Assembly: GCA_001787405.1 (NCBI GenBank)
Contig: MFWV01000003.1
Location: forward strand, 64,790-128,789
Reading direction: 5' to 3'
Length of the DNA: 64,000 bases
Source: Candidatus Pacebacteria bacterium RIFOXYA1_FULL_38_18
Lineage (GTDB): Bacteria; Patescibacteriota; Microgenomatia; UBA1400; PJMF01
Shown here: positions 9,615 through 18,699 of the stretch, in pieces
Numbering within the stretch: the stretch's first letter is position 1
Layout of the letters: every line of letters starts with the position of its first letter
The notes under the pieces: generated by a model
Seen by the model: only the letters and a program-made list of their open reading frames with translations
What the model was told of the DNA's origin: nothing
Database searches by the model: none
Made by a program: the position numbers and the translations under genes

Positions 9615-10907
9615 ATGGCCAAAAAAAACACCACCAAATCAACTAAAAAACCCAAAAAAACAGTTTCGCCCAAAAAGACCGTCAGTAAAAAGTCTCGAAC
9701 AGTCAAGCAGGTTAAACCAGTAGCCCAAAAAACTCAAAAATCTCAAAAATCTAATAAACTACAACCTAAAGCTTTTGAAAATTATGAGATTCGTCCTCAA
9801 CAAGAAGAAAAAAAACTGCCCAAAACTACGGCTGCAGAAGTAGACAGTCTTTTCAAAAAAGCCAAAAAACAAGGCTTTGTCACCCAAGAAGAAATCTTGG
9901 ATGTCTTCGTGGAACCAGAACTTTACTTGGAGCAACTAGATGATTTTTACAACCAAATCGTCGTAGCCAAGATTGATGTTTTTGAAACAGTCTCTGACAC
10001 CAAAGTTGATGATGATGAGAGTAATGATGAGTTACAGCAAGAACTAGATTTACTCACTGGTCTGAAAAACACCGGTGTAGCCGATCCAGTGCGCATGTAT
10101 CTTAAAGAAATCGGCCGAATTCCTCTGCTCAATCGTGAGCAAGAAATTCGTTTGGCACAAGCTGTTGAGGCCGGAGATCCCAAAGCCAAAAAAGACCTGA
10201 TTGATGCTAACTTGCGTCTAGTCGTTTCGATTGCCAAAAAATATATTGGCCGGGGCATGACCTTTCTTGACCTCATCCAAGAAGGTAACAAGGGCCTCAT
10301 TCGCGCGGTCGAAAAATTTGACTGGACCAAAGGCTTTAAGTTTAGCACTTACGCTACCTGGTGGATTCGTCAAGCCATCACTCGTTCTATTGCTGACCAA
10401 GCTCGCACCATTCGCATTCCAGTGCACATGGTGGAAACGATCAATAAACTGATGCGTACTTCTCGTCGTTTGATGCAAGACCTGGGTCGCGAACCGACTC
10501 CGGAAGAAATCGGCGAAAAAATGGAGGGTATGGAACCAGACAAAGTCCGTGAAATCTTGAAAATCTCCCAGAACACCACCTCGCTGGAAACACCAGTGGG
10601 TGATGGGGAAGACGACAGCATTTTGGGTGACTTTATCTCTGATGAAAAACAAGTTTCCCCTTATGAAGCCACCAGCAAACAAATGCTCCGCGAAAACATT
10701 GAAGAAGTCTTGGGCGCTCTTTCCGATCGTGAGGCCAGAGTTTTACGGATGCGTTTTGGTTTGCAAGGCAATAAAACCATGACGCTGGAAGAAGTCGGTA
10801 AGAAATTTGGTGTCACTCGTGAGCGGATTCGTCAGATCGAAGCCAAGGCTCTGCGCAAACTCAAACATCCCAGTCGTCGCAAGAAACTACAAGACTTTTT
10901 GGAGTAA
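9615..10907 (+). CDS. rpoD: RNA polymerase sigma factor RpoD (sigma-70 family, primary)
   Basis: [16 protein letters not shown] (region 1.2), [18 protein letters not shown] and [27 protein letters not shown] (region 2), [15 protein letters not shown] (region 4.2); start refined to ATG 9615 (MAKKNT), Lys-rich N-terminus. Confidence 0.9.
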   Translation: MAKKNTTKSTKKPKKTVSPKKTVSKKSRTVKQVKPVAQKTQKSQKSNKLQPKAFENYEIRPQQEEKKLPKTTAAEVDSLFKKAKKQGFVTQEEILDVFVEPELYLEQLDDFYNQIVVAKIDVFETVSDTKVDDDESNDELQQELDLLTGLKNTGVADPVRMYLKEIGRIPLLNREQEIRLAQAVEAGDPKAKKDLIDANLRLVVSIAKKYIGRGMTFLDLIQEGNKGLIRAVEKFDWTKGFKFSTYATWWIRQAITRSIADQARTIRIPVHMVETINKLMRTSRRLMQDLGREPTPEEIGEKMEGMEPDKVREILKISQNTTSLETPVGDGEDDSILGDFISDEKQVSPYEATSKQMLRENIEEVLGALSDREARVLRMRFGLQGNKTMTLEEVGKKFGVTRERIRQIEAKALRKLKHPSRRKKLQDFLE

Positions 10908-10941
10908 TCTTCCGCTTTCCAACAAATTCCTCAATTGTTTT

Positions 10942-12267
10942 TTACTTGAGTAAAATAGTGGCCAATCCCAAGAAGGCCAAAAAGCCCAAGACATCAGTAG
11001 CAGCGGAAATAAAAACAGTCGCTGACGCTGCCGGATCTTTGCCCAATCTCACCATGATCAAGGGAATCAAAGTGCCAAAAAATCCCGCTACCAATAAATT
11101 AATAACCATCGCCATCGCCAGTATCAGTGCCAACATAGGCTCTCTATTGAAGATCAAGACAATCCCCGCCACCAGCGCTCCATTGATCAAACCATTGATC
11201 AGCGCTGCTCCCAATTCTTCTTTGATGGCCAGCCAACTATTTTTTATATCAATTTGTTGCAAGGCAATCCCTCGCACCATCACCGCCAAAGTTTGAGTAG
11301 AAGCATTGCCACCCATACCTGCCACGATGGGCATGTAAATAGCCAACAGCACATATTTGGAAATAGTTTCACTAAACAAACTCACCGTAGCCGAAGCCAA
11401 AAAAGCCGTCCCCAAATTGATAATCAACCATTTATAACGAAAACGAACTTTACTTTTGGCAGAATCAAACACAGTCTCCTCACTATGCACCCCAGCAAAA
11501 TCATAAAGAGTGGAAGCCTCCTGATCGCGGATAGCTCGCAAGACATCATCTGAATAAAGAATTCCCAAAACCGCCCCATTCTCTCCCAACACCGCGGTTT
11601 TTCCATGAGGATGATCTAGAAAGTGCCTGAGCACCTTTTTATACTCAGTAGTATGAGCCAGAGCCGGAATTTTTCGCAAATATTCCTTGACCGGTTTGCC
11701 AAGTTCAGCAAAAGCTAGTTTGTGATTTGGCACATAACCGATCAATTTTTCCTCTTCCATAATCAAGACAATCGGAAACTTACCAGTACGCTGTTCATGA
11801 CCCTTAATTTCCTCCACCACCTCTTTCATGTTTTGCTTGGCTTCCACCCGAATATAATTCAAGCTCATCAAACCAGCCGCCGTTTTTGGATCAAATTGCA
11901 GTAACAAAGAAATATCTTGCTGTAATTTTTCACTCAACTCCGTCAACAAAGTCTTTTGCAGTTTAGCTGGCACAATCTGCAATAAATCCGTCGCATCATC
12001 CGGGTCCAAATAATTCAACAGTGCTAGCAATAACTCTTTTTCCAACTTGGGCAATAACTGAGCCTGAATATGACTGGAAAGTTTCAAAACAATGTTTGCC
12101 TGCCTCTCCACCGGCAAATCACTAAAAATCTGCACCCTCTCTTTGGGCCGATAAGTAATCTGTTTAACTAGCTCGCGGGTAGAAGGGGGTTTGGCAATAG
12201 TAGTAGTAACCATAGTTCCAGATTGTAATGAAAAAGCCCCCCAAAAAGCAAGCTCATCAAAAACCAC
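10942..12267 (-). CDS. mgtE: Magnesium transporter MgtE
   Basis: N-terminal MgtE_N-like region, CBS-pair region, C-terminal 5-TM domain with GGNASTQ and FISAATDVLGF blocks typical of MgtE. Confidence 0.8.
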   Translation of the reverse strand: MVFDELAFWGAFSLQSGTMVTTTIAKPPSTRELVKQITYRPKERVQIFSDLPVERQANIVLKLSSHIQAQLLPKLEKELLLALLNYLDPDDATDLLQIVPAKLQKTLLTELSEKLQQDISLLLQFDPKTAAGLMSLNYIRVEAKQNMKEVVEEIKGHEQRTGKFPIVLIMEEEKLIGYVPNHKLAFAELGKPVKEYLRKIPALAHTTEYKKVLRHFLDHPHGKTAVLGENGAVLGILYSDDVLRAIRDQEASTLYDFAGVHSEETVFDSAKSKVRFRYKWLIINLGTAFLASATVSLFSETISKYVLLAIYMPIVAGMGGNASTQTLAVMVRGIALQQIDIKNSWLAIKEELGAALINGLINGALVAGIVLIFNREPMLALILAMAMVINLLVAGFFGTLIPLIMVRLGKDPAASATVFISAATDVLGFLAFLGLATILLK

Positions 12268-12315
12268 TGCCCCCGCCCCCTCTCCACCACCCCAAATAAT
12301 TTTTCAAACCCCAAG

Positions 12316-12343
12316 TCGAAAATCCCCCAAACTTCGGTATAAT
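12316..12343 (+). promoter_or_regulatory. Putative promoter for tRNA-Asn (TCGAAA-16nt-TATAAT)
   Basis: Perfect TATAAT at 12338-12343, 12 nt upstream of the tRNA 5' end; weak -35. Confidence 0.35.
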
Positions 12344-12355
12344 ATGGAAATCAGA

Positions 12356-12430
12356 TCCCCTGTAGCTCAATGGCAGAGCAGGAAGCTGTTAACTTCAAGG
12401 TTGTAGGTTCGAGTCCTACCGGGGGAGCCA
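12356..12430 (+). tRNA. tRNA-Asn (anticodon GTT), CCA encoded
   Basis: Manual cloverleaf: acceptor TCCCCTG/CGGGGGA, D-arm TAGCTCAATGGCAGAGCA, anticodon loop CTGTTAA, T-arm GTAGG-TTCGAGT-CCTAC, discriminator G then CCA. Confidence 0.85.
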
Positions 12431-14005
12431 GATTGGGCGGGAGGGCAACAAAGAGCCCTTTTGTCCCGTAACATCGCTCTTTTCTTGATGTTCGAAACTC
12501 TTACACTCAAATTGGTCAATTTTATCGACTTTCGAACAATTGGTTTCTTTTACTGCCTGAGCCAGAATTTTGAATGCTTTGGTGTAGTCATAGAGGAGTT
12601 TTCCCTCGTCTAATTTCAAGTTGGTGAACACTAGTCGTATAAGGCAGCGCTGTTCTTCGGCTAAGCCTTTCTCTTTTGCAGTTAGGTAGATCTGCTTGGC
12701 TCTCTGGGATAGTTCGTAGAAGTTAATGCCGAAGTTGAAGTAGCCGTTACTAGCTTGGGAGTGCTTCCTGGTGGTTTCTAGGACAGCGTCTTTCTCTCCT
12801 GTATATTGCTTAAACTTCTGATTGTAAAAATCCAGGGTTATTTTCTCGTCCAACTTATCGTCGTAAAGTTTGTCCAAGCGCTTCTTAATTTGCTCGTAGC
12901 GCTGGTTTAGCTCCTCAATCGTAGTGGAGTGGTAGACAGTTTCATCGGCATGGCTTTCTTTAAGCGCTTTTTTGATCCACTCGGCTACTCTCTGGTTTCT
13001 AATGACCAGCTTATCAAAGCCATCAATGATCTGTTCTTCAACCTTTTCTTCTCTGACCCAAGTCTCCTGAGTGCATTCGTGATAGTGGTTGCAGTGTCCG
13101 TAAACCAACCCACCTCGTTGGGATTCCCAGGTAGTTAGCCCGCCACAGGTGGCACAGCGGCATAAACGGTTGAACAGGTAGTCGTGTCTGGTGAGTTTGG
13201 GTGTGGTTTTGCCTGTCAGCATATTTTGCACCTTATCATATAACTCTTGGGTGATAATCGGTTTGTGTTTACCATCGTAGATCTGACCGTTCCACCTCAT
13301 TTTACCAGTGTAGAAGGGCTCTCGTAAGAGTCTGTGAACTCGGCTCTTAACCAGTTTTACGCCGTGGTAGGAGCGCAAACCTTCCTCAAACATGGTCAAT
13401 GTTAATTTTTTGATTGAGTAATTACCCGAAGCGTAAAGCTCGAACATTTTCTTGACCATGACTGCTTTTTCTTCCTCGATAAGGATGATTTTGTGTCCCT
13501 TCTCGCCTACGGTCTTATATCCCACAGGCGGTTTAGTGGGTAGCCACCCTTGCGCTATTTTCTCTTTCTGTCCTTTCTTCACTTCCTCGGAGAGGTTATC
13601 AATGTAGTTTTTTGCAAAAAGGATACGGATGCCCCAGTTCAGTTTCTCTTGAGAACGAGAGTTTTTATGTAAAATCAACGAGTCTTTGACCAGGTGGACT
13701 TGGCGTTCCTCATCATCCTCTAGCCATTCATCAATCATGACAGCATCCTTGAAGCTTCTGGTCAGGCGGTCTACTTTCTCGCAGATAATGATTTTTAGCC
13801 CTTGCTTCTGGACATACTGCATCATCTGGGTGAACACTTCTCGCTGTTTCTTACCACTGGCTGATTCAGAGATGGCGAAGACTTTATCAACACTATAACC
13901 AGTTCTTTCGGAATAGGCGCTTAGAAGCTTCTCCTGGGCTGGTAGGGAGTAGCCTGTTTCCTCTTGTTCTTTGGAGCTGACTCGGCAGTATAGGATGCTT
14001 TTCAT
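12416..14005 (-). CDS. Large serine recombinase (integrase), resolvase/invertase catalytic domain plus recombinase domain plus zinc ribbon
   Basis: N-terminal ILYCRVSSKEQ catalytic-Ser block, recombinase-domain blocks, Cys-rich ribbon (CRCATCGG...HC..H.C) and a coiled-coil tail; its stop codon lies inside the 3' end of tRNA-Asn. Confidence 0.85.
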   Translation of the reverse strand: MKSILYCRVSSKEQEETGYSLPAQEKLLSAYSERTGYSVDKVFAISESASGKKQREVFTQMMQYVQKQGLKIIICEKVDRLTRSFKDAVMIDEWLEDDEERQVHLVKDSLILHKNSRSQEKLNWGIRILFAKNYIDNLSEEVKKGQKEKIAQGWLPTKPPVGYKTVGEKGHKIILIEEEKAVMVKKMFELYASGNYSIKKLTLTMFEEGLRSYHGVKLVKSRVHRLLREPFYTGKMRWNGQIYDGKHKPIITQELYDKVQNMLTGKTTPKLTRHDYLFNRLCRCATCGGLTTWESQRGGLVYGHCNHYHECTQETWVREEKVEEQIIDGFDKLVIRNQRVAEWIKKALKESHADETVYHSTTIEELNQRYEQIKKRLDKLYDDKLDEKITLDFYNQKFKQYTGEKDAVLETTRKHSQASNGYFNFGINFYELSQRAKQIYLTAKEKGLAEEQRCLIRLVFTNLKLDEGKLLYDYTKAFKILAQAVKETNCSKVDKIDQFECKSFEHQEKSDVTGQKGSLLPSRPIWLPR

Positions 14006-14050
14006 AATAATTGTTTCAGCAACACAACATAAAGAAATAACCAGGGAATA

Positions 14051-14653
14051 TCAAGTTGAGTGTTCATCTTTGTTCCAAATTCGCTTTTCATAAAAATCTT
14101 TAATTGTCTGATCAATTGCTCTACCCAGTTCACTTTCTTCTGGCGTAGGTGGCTTCTGTTCGTCCTCGTTAATTTTCTGGACGATTTCTTGTTTGCTTAT
14201 GCTTTCACCGCCTTCTATTCGCATCATTTCCCATAATGCCTTTAACTCTGGGACTGAGGCGGGTTCACCTGAGCGCATTTGTTTTCTTAAGGTTTGTAGT
14301 TTGTCCCAAAACACTTCGGAAATAATATGGAGTCGTTTCTGTCGTATTTGGCTCGTCTTCTTTTTAAGAATTTCCACATCCTCGCTAAGTTTCAAGTCAG
14401 CTCGTTCTACCCAACGATACTGCGATGACCAGCGTTCCAATGTTCTTTCTGAAGGTAATCTGCCAAGTTTATCCTTGAAAATCCCCGACACCTCTCCTAC
14501 AGATCCCCGCAATATTCCTTGCCAAGTTTGCATAAGTCGAGTGAGACTGTTGGTTTCGCAATAAAGTAGAAACGCCACATACTGTCGCTCCTTTTCTTTA
14601 GGCATCTTGGAAGTGATTAATACTGGTGGCTTATTTATTTGTTGTTGTTCCAT
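14051..14653 (-). CDS. Hypothetical protein (island-encoded)
   Basis: ORF-track ORF co-oriented with the recombinase; no recognisable motif. Confidence 0.4.
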   Translation of the reverse strand: MEQQQINKPPVLITSKMPKEKERQYVAFLLYCETNSLTRLMQTWQGILRGSVGEVSGIFKDKLGRLPSERTLERWSSQYRWVERADLKLSEDVEILKKKTSQIRQKRLHIISEVFWDKLQTLRKQMRSGEPASVPELKALWEMMRIEGGESISKQEIVQKINEDEQKPPTPEESELGRAIDQTIKDFYEKRIWNKDEHST

Positions 14654-14867
14654 CTTGTTCTAACCTTTTATTAATAAATCGATCAATGCTTCTGGTAGCG
14701 CGTTGTCGAATTGTCGCGGGTAACGACTCGTTCTCAACTTGGTCAAGGTATTTTTCGAAAGTTACTGACTCTTTCTCACCACAAATGGATCTTACGGATC
14801 GCCTTAACAATGTCGATATCATCTGTTTTCTTTTCTGCTTGGTTAATATTGTTTGTTGTTTCATGGG

Positions 14868-15221
14868 TTATTTGTTTTTTGGCGTGGGTTTGCCAATATT
14901 TTTATAAACTTCTTCCCTAAATTTCTTCCATTTTTCTGGCGACATTGGTTTATATTCAGGTTCAGTTGCCCGCATGGGCAGTGCCTTTGCGTCTTTGAGA
15001 AATCTTCGTTCCCGATAAAACTCGGTAATATAGGGAATAGAGATAGCAAAAGTCTCAAAGACAATCGCTCCTCGTTCACCCTTTGCCAGTGCCTCCTGCA
15101 CTAACCGAGCTTGGTTTTTAGACAGGTAGTATCTGCCTTTGCTGGTAAGAATGACTACCCAGAGTTCCTCGTAGTCATCATCATTTAATATTTCTGGCAT
15201 CGATGCCTCGTTTACTGACAT
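14868..15221 (-). CDS. Hypothetical protein (island-encoded)
   Basis: ORF-track ORF 14868..15284; start trimmed to an internal Met to reduce overlap with the upstream gene. Confidence 0.3.
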   Translation of the reverse strand: MSVNEASMPEILNDDDYEELWVVILTSKGRYYLSKNQARLVQEALAKGERGAIVFETFAISIPYITEFYRERRFLKDAKALPMRATEPEYKPMSPEKWKKFREEVYKNIGKPTPKNK

Positions 15222-15921
15222 GTTCATTCGCCTCCTTTCTAATTTGTAATGCGTCTCGTTTGACGAAATTGCGTAAAGCTGCAAAGTAATCGGAATAGTC
15301 TTTACCAGTCGATTGGCAATAGTTCATCAGGTCATCATATTTACTGGTTACGAAGGGAAGAGGCACACCATATCGTTGGGCTATATCTGTAAACTCCGCT
15401 TCACCAAGGCTCTCCAAGGTGGAATATTTACCTTTAAGAGAAACTAAACCCTTCTCTTTATGTATTTCTCTTTTATTATGTGTAACCTTTAGATGTGACT
15501 CCTTAAGGGGCAATGGTTGCCCCTGGCTCTGCTCTTTTTTGCCCATGGATACTCCAGGTGCAAAATTTGCACTTGGTTGTTTCCAGTGGGATTTATCTAG
15601 AAGAAAGTAAGTGTTATTGAGCCATTGACCCCCTTTATTGCGAACTTTTTCCCGTCTGATAATATTCCACTGTTCAAGTAATTTAATTTTGCTTTTTACC
15701 GTCCTTACCCCAATTCCATGTTCTCTGGCGATAGTCACCTGGCTCGGGAAAGCTGATTGCTCTTTATCGGCGTGACGACATAAAGACACATACACCGCCA
15801 GCGCAGATGGTTTTAGATATTTTGCCCAGCCATTCACATAGGCATCATCCATGCAGAATTTTTCCTTTATTCGTAAGTCTCTGACCCTGAATGTTCGAGT
15901 GTTTATGATTGTTTTTTGCAT
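15181..15921 (-). CDS. HTH DNA-binding protein, possible replication-initiator/DnaD-like or phage regulatory protein
   Basis: Winged-helix/HTH-like block VTIAREHGIGVRTVKSKIKLLEQWNIIRR; island context; function inferred weakly. Confidence 0.4.
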   Translation of the reverse strand: MQKTIINTRTFRVRDLRIKEKFCMDDAYVNGWAKYLKPSALAVYVSLCRHADKEQSAFPSQVTIAREHGIGVRTVKSKIKLLEQWNIIRREKVRNKGGQWLNNTYFLLDKSHWKQPSANFAPGVSMGKKEQSQGQPLPLKESHLKVTHNKREIHKEKGLVSLKGKYSTLESLGEAEFTDIAQRYGVPLPFVTSKYDDLMNYCQSTGKDYSDYFAALRNFVKRDALQIRKEANEHVSKRGIDARNIK

Positions 15922-16063
15922 ATTTGTTTTTGCTCAATTTTGACTAGCAACTCGACAAAACTTATCCAGCTGGAGCCGATTTCGTAAACTTCCTCCAGGC
16001 TTAACTTTGCTCCGTAGTCTTCTTCCAATATCTGCTTTAGCTCTAGGACCAACTTATGACTGA

Positions 16064-16351
16064 TCATGTTTGATCCTCCGAGTAGAGACGGGACTTTATT
16101 GTCCGCAACTGATTAAAATAAGTTTGTGGGGATACGGTGAGTTCGTTACGAAAATACGCCTCAACTAGCTCGTTGAGTTGTTTATTTTTTTTGAAGACAA
16201 AAACCGCTTTACGAGGATTGGACTTATTGATTTCCTCGATTGGTTGCCATAAGGATAAAGCGGTGGCAATGGCGAGATCGCTTGTGAGATAGTAATCGGT
16301 GTTTAATTCTTGCTGTTTCATAGTGATAGTCATTCGGTTGGTGACTATCAA
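16064..16351 (-). CDS. Hypothetical small protein (island-encoded)
   Basis: ORF-track ORF co-oriented in the island. Confidence 0.3.
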   Translation of the reverse strand: MIVTNRMTITMKQQELNTDYYLTSDLAIATALSLWQPIEEINKSNPRKAVFVFKKNKQLNELVEAYFRNELTVSPQTYFNQLRTIKSRLYSEDQT

Positions 16352-16428
16352 GATTGTTAAACAAACAGCAAACTACCGCCACGGATTCTTTTACGACTTT
16401 TTTACGATCCTTTTGCGATGAAGGGAAT

Positions 16429-17082
16429 TTATGGACGAAGTAGCTTGTAGCCCACATTTCTCTTGGAGATAATCATATCTTCAATTTCATCTTTGGTCAT
16501 ACCCGCATCTTCTAAAATAGGAACGATGTTTCTTCTTATATACTGAACGGCTACAGCGATCTCTTTGGAATCAGACGATGCTCGACAATTCAAATCGAGT
16601 TTATCAGCTATTTCCCCATATCTGACAATTTGATCACTTTCCACAAGGAGAATTAAATACCTTATTTCATCCTGGGTGGGCGAGATCTCTACTGGTTTAT
16701 TGCCTTTATACTGCATGACCCCTTTTAGTAGATCGATTTTTAGTTCTCTCCACACATATACTCCCTCTGTCTTTTCAGGTTGAGTATCCTTGCCTCCAAC
16801 CGCCAATTTTTCTCGGTCAACCATTATTTTAACTGTCTCGCCCGCGAACCTTCCCAGCTTGTTTAAACAAGATATATCAATTACTTGCACTAGATGCTTT
16901 TCCTCAAGTGTCCTTAACATCTTTTTTAAGTCGTCTTTGGGAATTAAGTCGCCATTTTTATCTCTAAAATTCCAAAGAGTGATAGCAATCGCCTCGTCCG
17001 ACTCTGGAGATATTTCGACCTTTTTTTGAATAATATCCACCACTAAGCGTAGTGGCTCTGGTAATGCCATTATCATAGTCAT
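16429..17082 (-). CDS. Hypothetical protein (island-encoded)
   Basis: ORF-track ORF, 217 aa, co-oriented with the regulatory module. Confidence 0.4.
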   Translation of the reverse strand: MTMIMALPEPLRLVVDIIQKKVEISPESDEAIAITLWNFRDKNGDLIPKDDLKKMLRTLEEKHLVQVIDISCLNKLGRFAGETVKIMVDREKLAVGGKDTQPEKTEGVYVWRELKIDLLKGVMQYKGNKPVEISPTQDEIRYLILLVESDQIVRYGEIADKLDLNCRASSDSKEIAVAVQYIRRNIVPILEDAGMTKDEIEDMIISKRNVGYKLLRP

Positions 17083-17155
17083 ATTTATATTTGGGTATAA
17101 AAATACCCACTCTTATTTTACTAAAAGTGGGTCAGATAACCTAGGGAAGTTTGTT

Positions 17156-17428
17156 CTAGAACTCAAACAGGTCTTTGACCTTTATACTCAAACCTCTGGC
17201 AATTTTGATCAAATACCTTACTGAGGTATTCACATACCCATTCTCGATCTTCGCCAGATACGAGACATTACTTGCAGCTTTATCAGCAAGATCTTCTTGC
17301 GTCATCTTTTTCTGCTCACGAATTCGTTTGATAGTTTTACCCAATACCTCTCTTTCACGCAGGAATGGATTATTTTGTGCATATCCTCTCATGCTCACAG
17401 TATTTCCATATTTGGAAACATTTACCAT
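17156..17428 (-). CDS. XRE-family HTH transcriptional regulator (phage cI/Cro-like repressor)
   Basis: Canonical XRE HTH: LGKTIKRIREQKKMTQEDLADKAASNVSYLAKIENG. Confidence 0.8.
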   Translation of the reverse strand: MVNVSKYGNTVSMRGYAQNNPFLREREVLGKTIKRIREQKKMTQEDLADKAASNVSYLAKIENGYVNTSVRYLIKIARGLSIKVKDLFEF

Positions 17429-17478
17429 TCCATATATGGCAAGATTGTGCTAAAATTAGCCTGGTAGCCAACTAAAAC

Positions 17479-17508
17479 TTGACATTGAGATGGAAAGGAA
17501 GCTAATAT
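17479..17508 (+). promoter_or_regulatory. Putative promoter (TTGACA-18nt-TAATAT) in the divergent region between the XRE repressor and the + strand gene
   Basis: TTGACA 17479-17484, TAATAT 17503-17508; followed by AAGGAGG RBS before ATG 17548. Confidence 0.4.
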
Positions 17509-17547
17509 CTCAGAATCTTTTACAGTTAGCGCATAAGGAGGATAAAA

Positions 17548-18420
17548 ATGACAATGACACATAAAAACAAATCTCGTATTCTGCCTGCTATTCTTTTCCT
17601 TGCCGTAGTTACTATTTTTGCCGTTGTATTAGCTCCTCGCTTTTTGGGTCAATCCAAAGTCGTTCAAACCCCGCAAACCAGTGCCAAAGACAAGCAAGTC
17701 ACTGAGCTTCTGGCTAAAATGAGCGAGAACCCCAATAAGGACTCTCAGGAGTATGCAGAAGCTAGACAGGAATTTTGCATCCTGACCGCACGACCAGCAG
17801 CCCAGAGAGAGAAAGCTGTAGCCAACATTAGGCAATTCCTGGGCATGACCGACATCCCAGTCGAATTCGTTTGCAGTAGGTTTAACGGTAAACCAGATGA
17901 TAGCGGAACGGACTACAATAGCCCTGCCAGCGAAACTTATGAGGCTGCACGATTTAGCTTTACAGTTGATCCAAAGACCAACTACATCGTCGAGACAGGC
18001 GAGGCAGAGCGTCGATGGGGAACGAAAGTGGATGGCACACGCTGGTTTGAAAACATGCCAGAGTATGATGACACGCCCACCTACACCACGTCAGAGGCTA
18101 TCAAGCCAGTAGCGGAAGCTTTCATGATTAAAAACAAGGATATCTTTGGAGTAGACATCACCAAAATGACCTACCAGTTCGAAGGCAGCAAGATCGGTAA
18201 CTTCTTTGTAAAGTGGATCGATAAAAGCAAACCACACACAAAGGACAGTGTGGAGTGTGGAGATGTCGACCAGAAGCGTGAAGGCGCATACAAAAACGAT
18301 CAAGGAGTATGGTGCTTAAAAAGCATCTACACCACATACCCAACAGTGAACATGACCATCATGCAGAGCGGGCAGGTGGCGGTCTACGACAATGACGGCT
18401 GGGAGATAGAGAAGCTATAA
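17548..18420 (+). CDS. Secreted/membrane-anchored hypothetical protein
   Basis: N-terminal signal/TM segment ILPAILFLAVVTIFAVVLA; strong RBS; no known motif. Confidence 0.5.
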   Translation: MTMTHKNKSRILPAILFLAVVTIFAVVLAPRFLGQSKVVQTPQTSAKDKQVTELLAKMSENPNKDSQEYAEARQEFCILTARPAAQREKAVANIRQFLGMTDIPVEFVCSRFNGKPDDSGTDYNSPASETYEAARFSFTVDPKTNYIVETGEAERRWGTKVDGTRWFENMPEYDDTPTYTTSEAIKPVAEAFMIKNKDIFGVDITKMTYQFEGSKIGNFFVKWIDKSKPHTKDSVECGDVDQKREGAYKNDQGVWCLKSIYTTYPTVNMTIMQSGQVAVYDNDGWEIEKL

Positions 18421-18699
18421 TAAAAACAGTATGAAAAAACAGTGGATTATAGTCGCCATTCTTCTAGTTATCGTTCTTATTTGGTTTCTGCTTACCGTCG
18501 ACTGTGTGGTCAATAGAACTAACTCTGGTATCCCTATCGACTGGGCTAATATCAAGGATTGTAGCTACTAACTTAAAACTTCCTCAACACATCCCCGACG
18601 AGGCTTCTGAAGCTAAATAGAGGTGGAACTATGCCATCCCAGGCATGAAAGCCTCACACAAGTCAACACACGGGGACACGAGCGTTTCCTTTCTTTCTA

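Noticed and set aside
9947-10682. Minus-strand ORFs 9947..10348, 10218..10682 and 10370..10621 inside rpoD
   Set aside because: Antisense to a highly conserved, confidently identified rpoD; frame artefacts.
10946-11553. ORFs 10946..11296 (+) and 11254..11553 (+) inside mgtE
   Set aside because: Antisense to mgtE; low-complexity translations.
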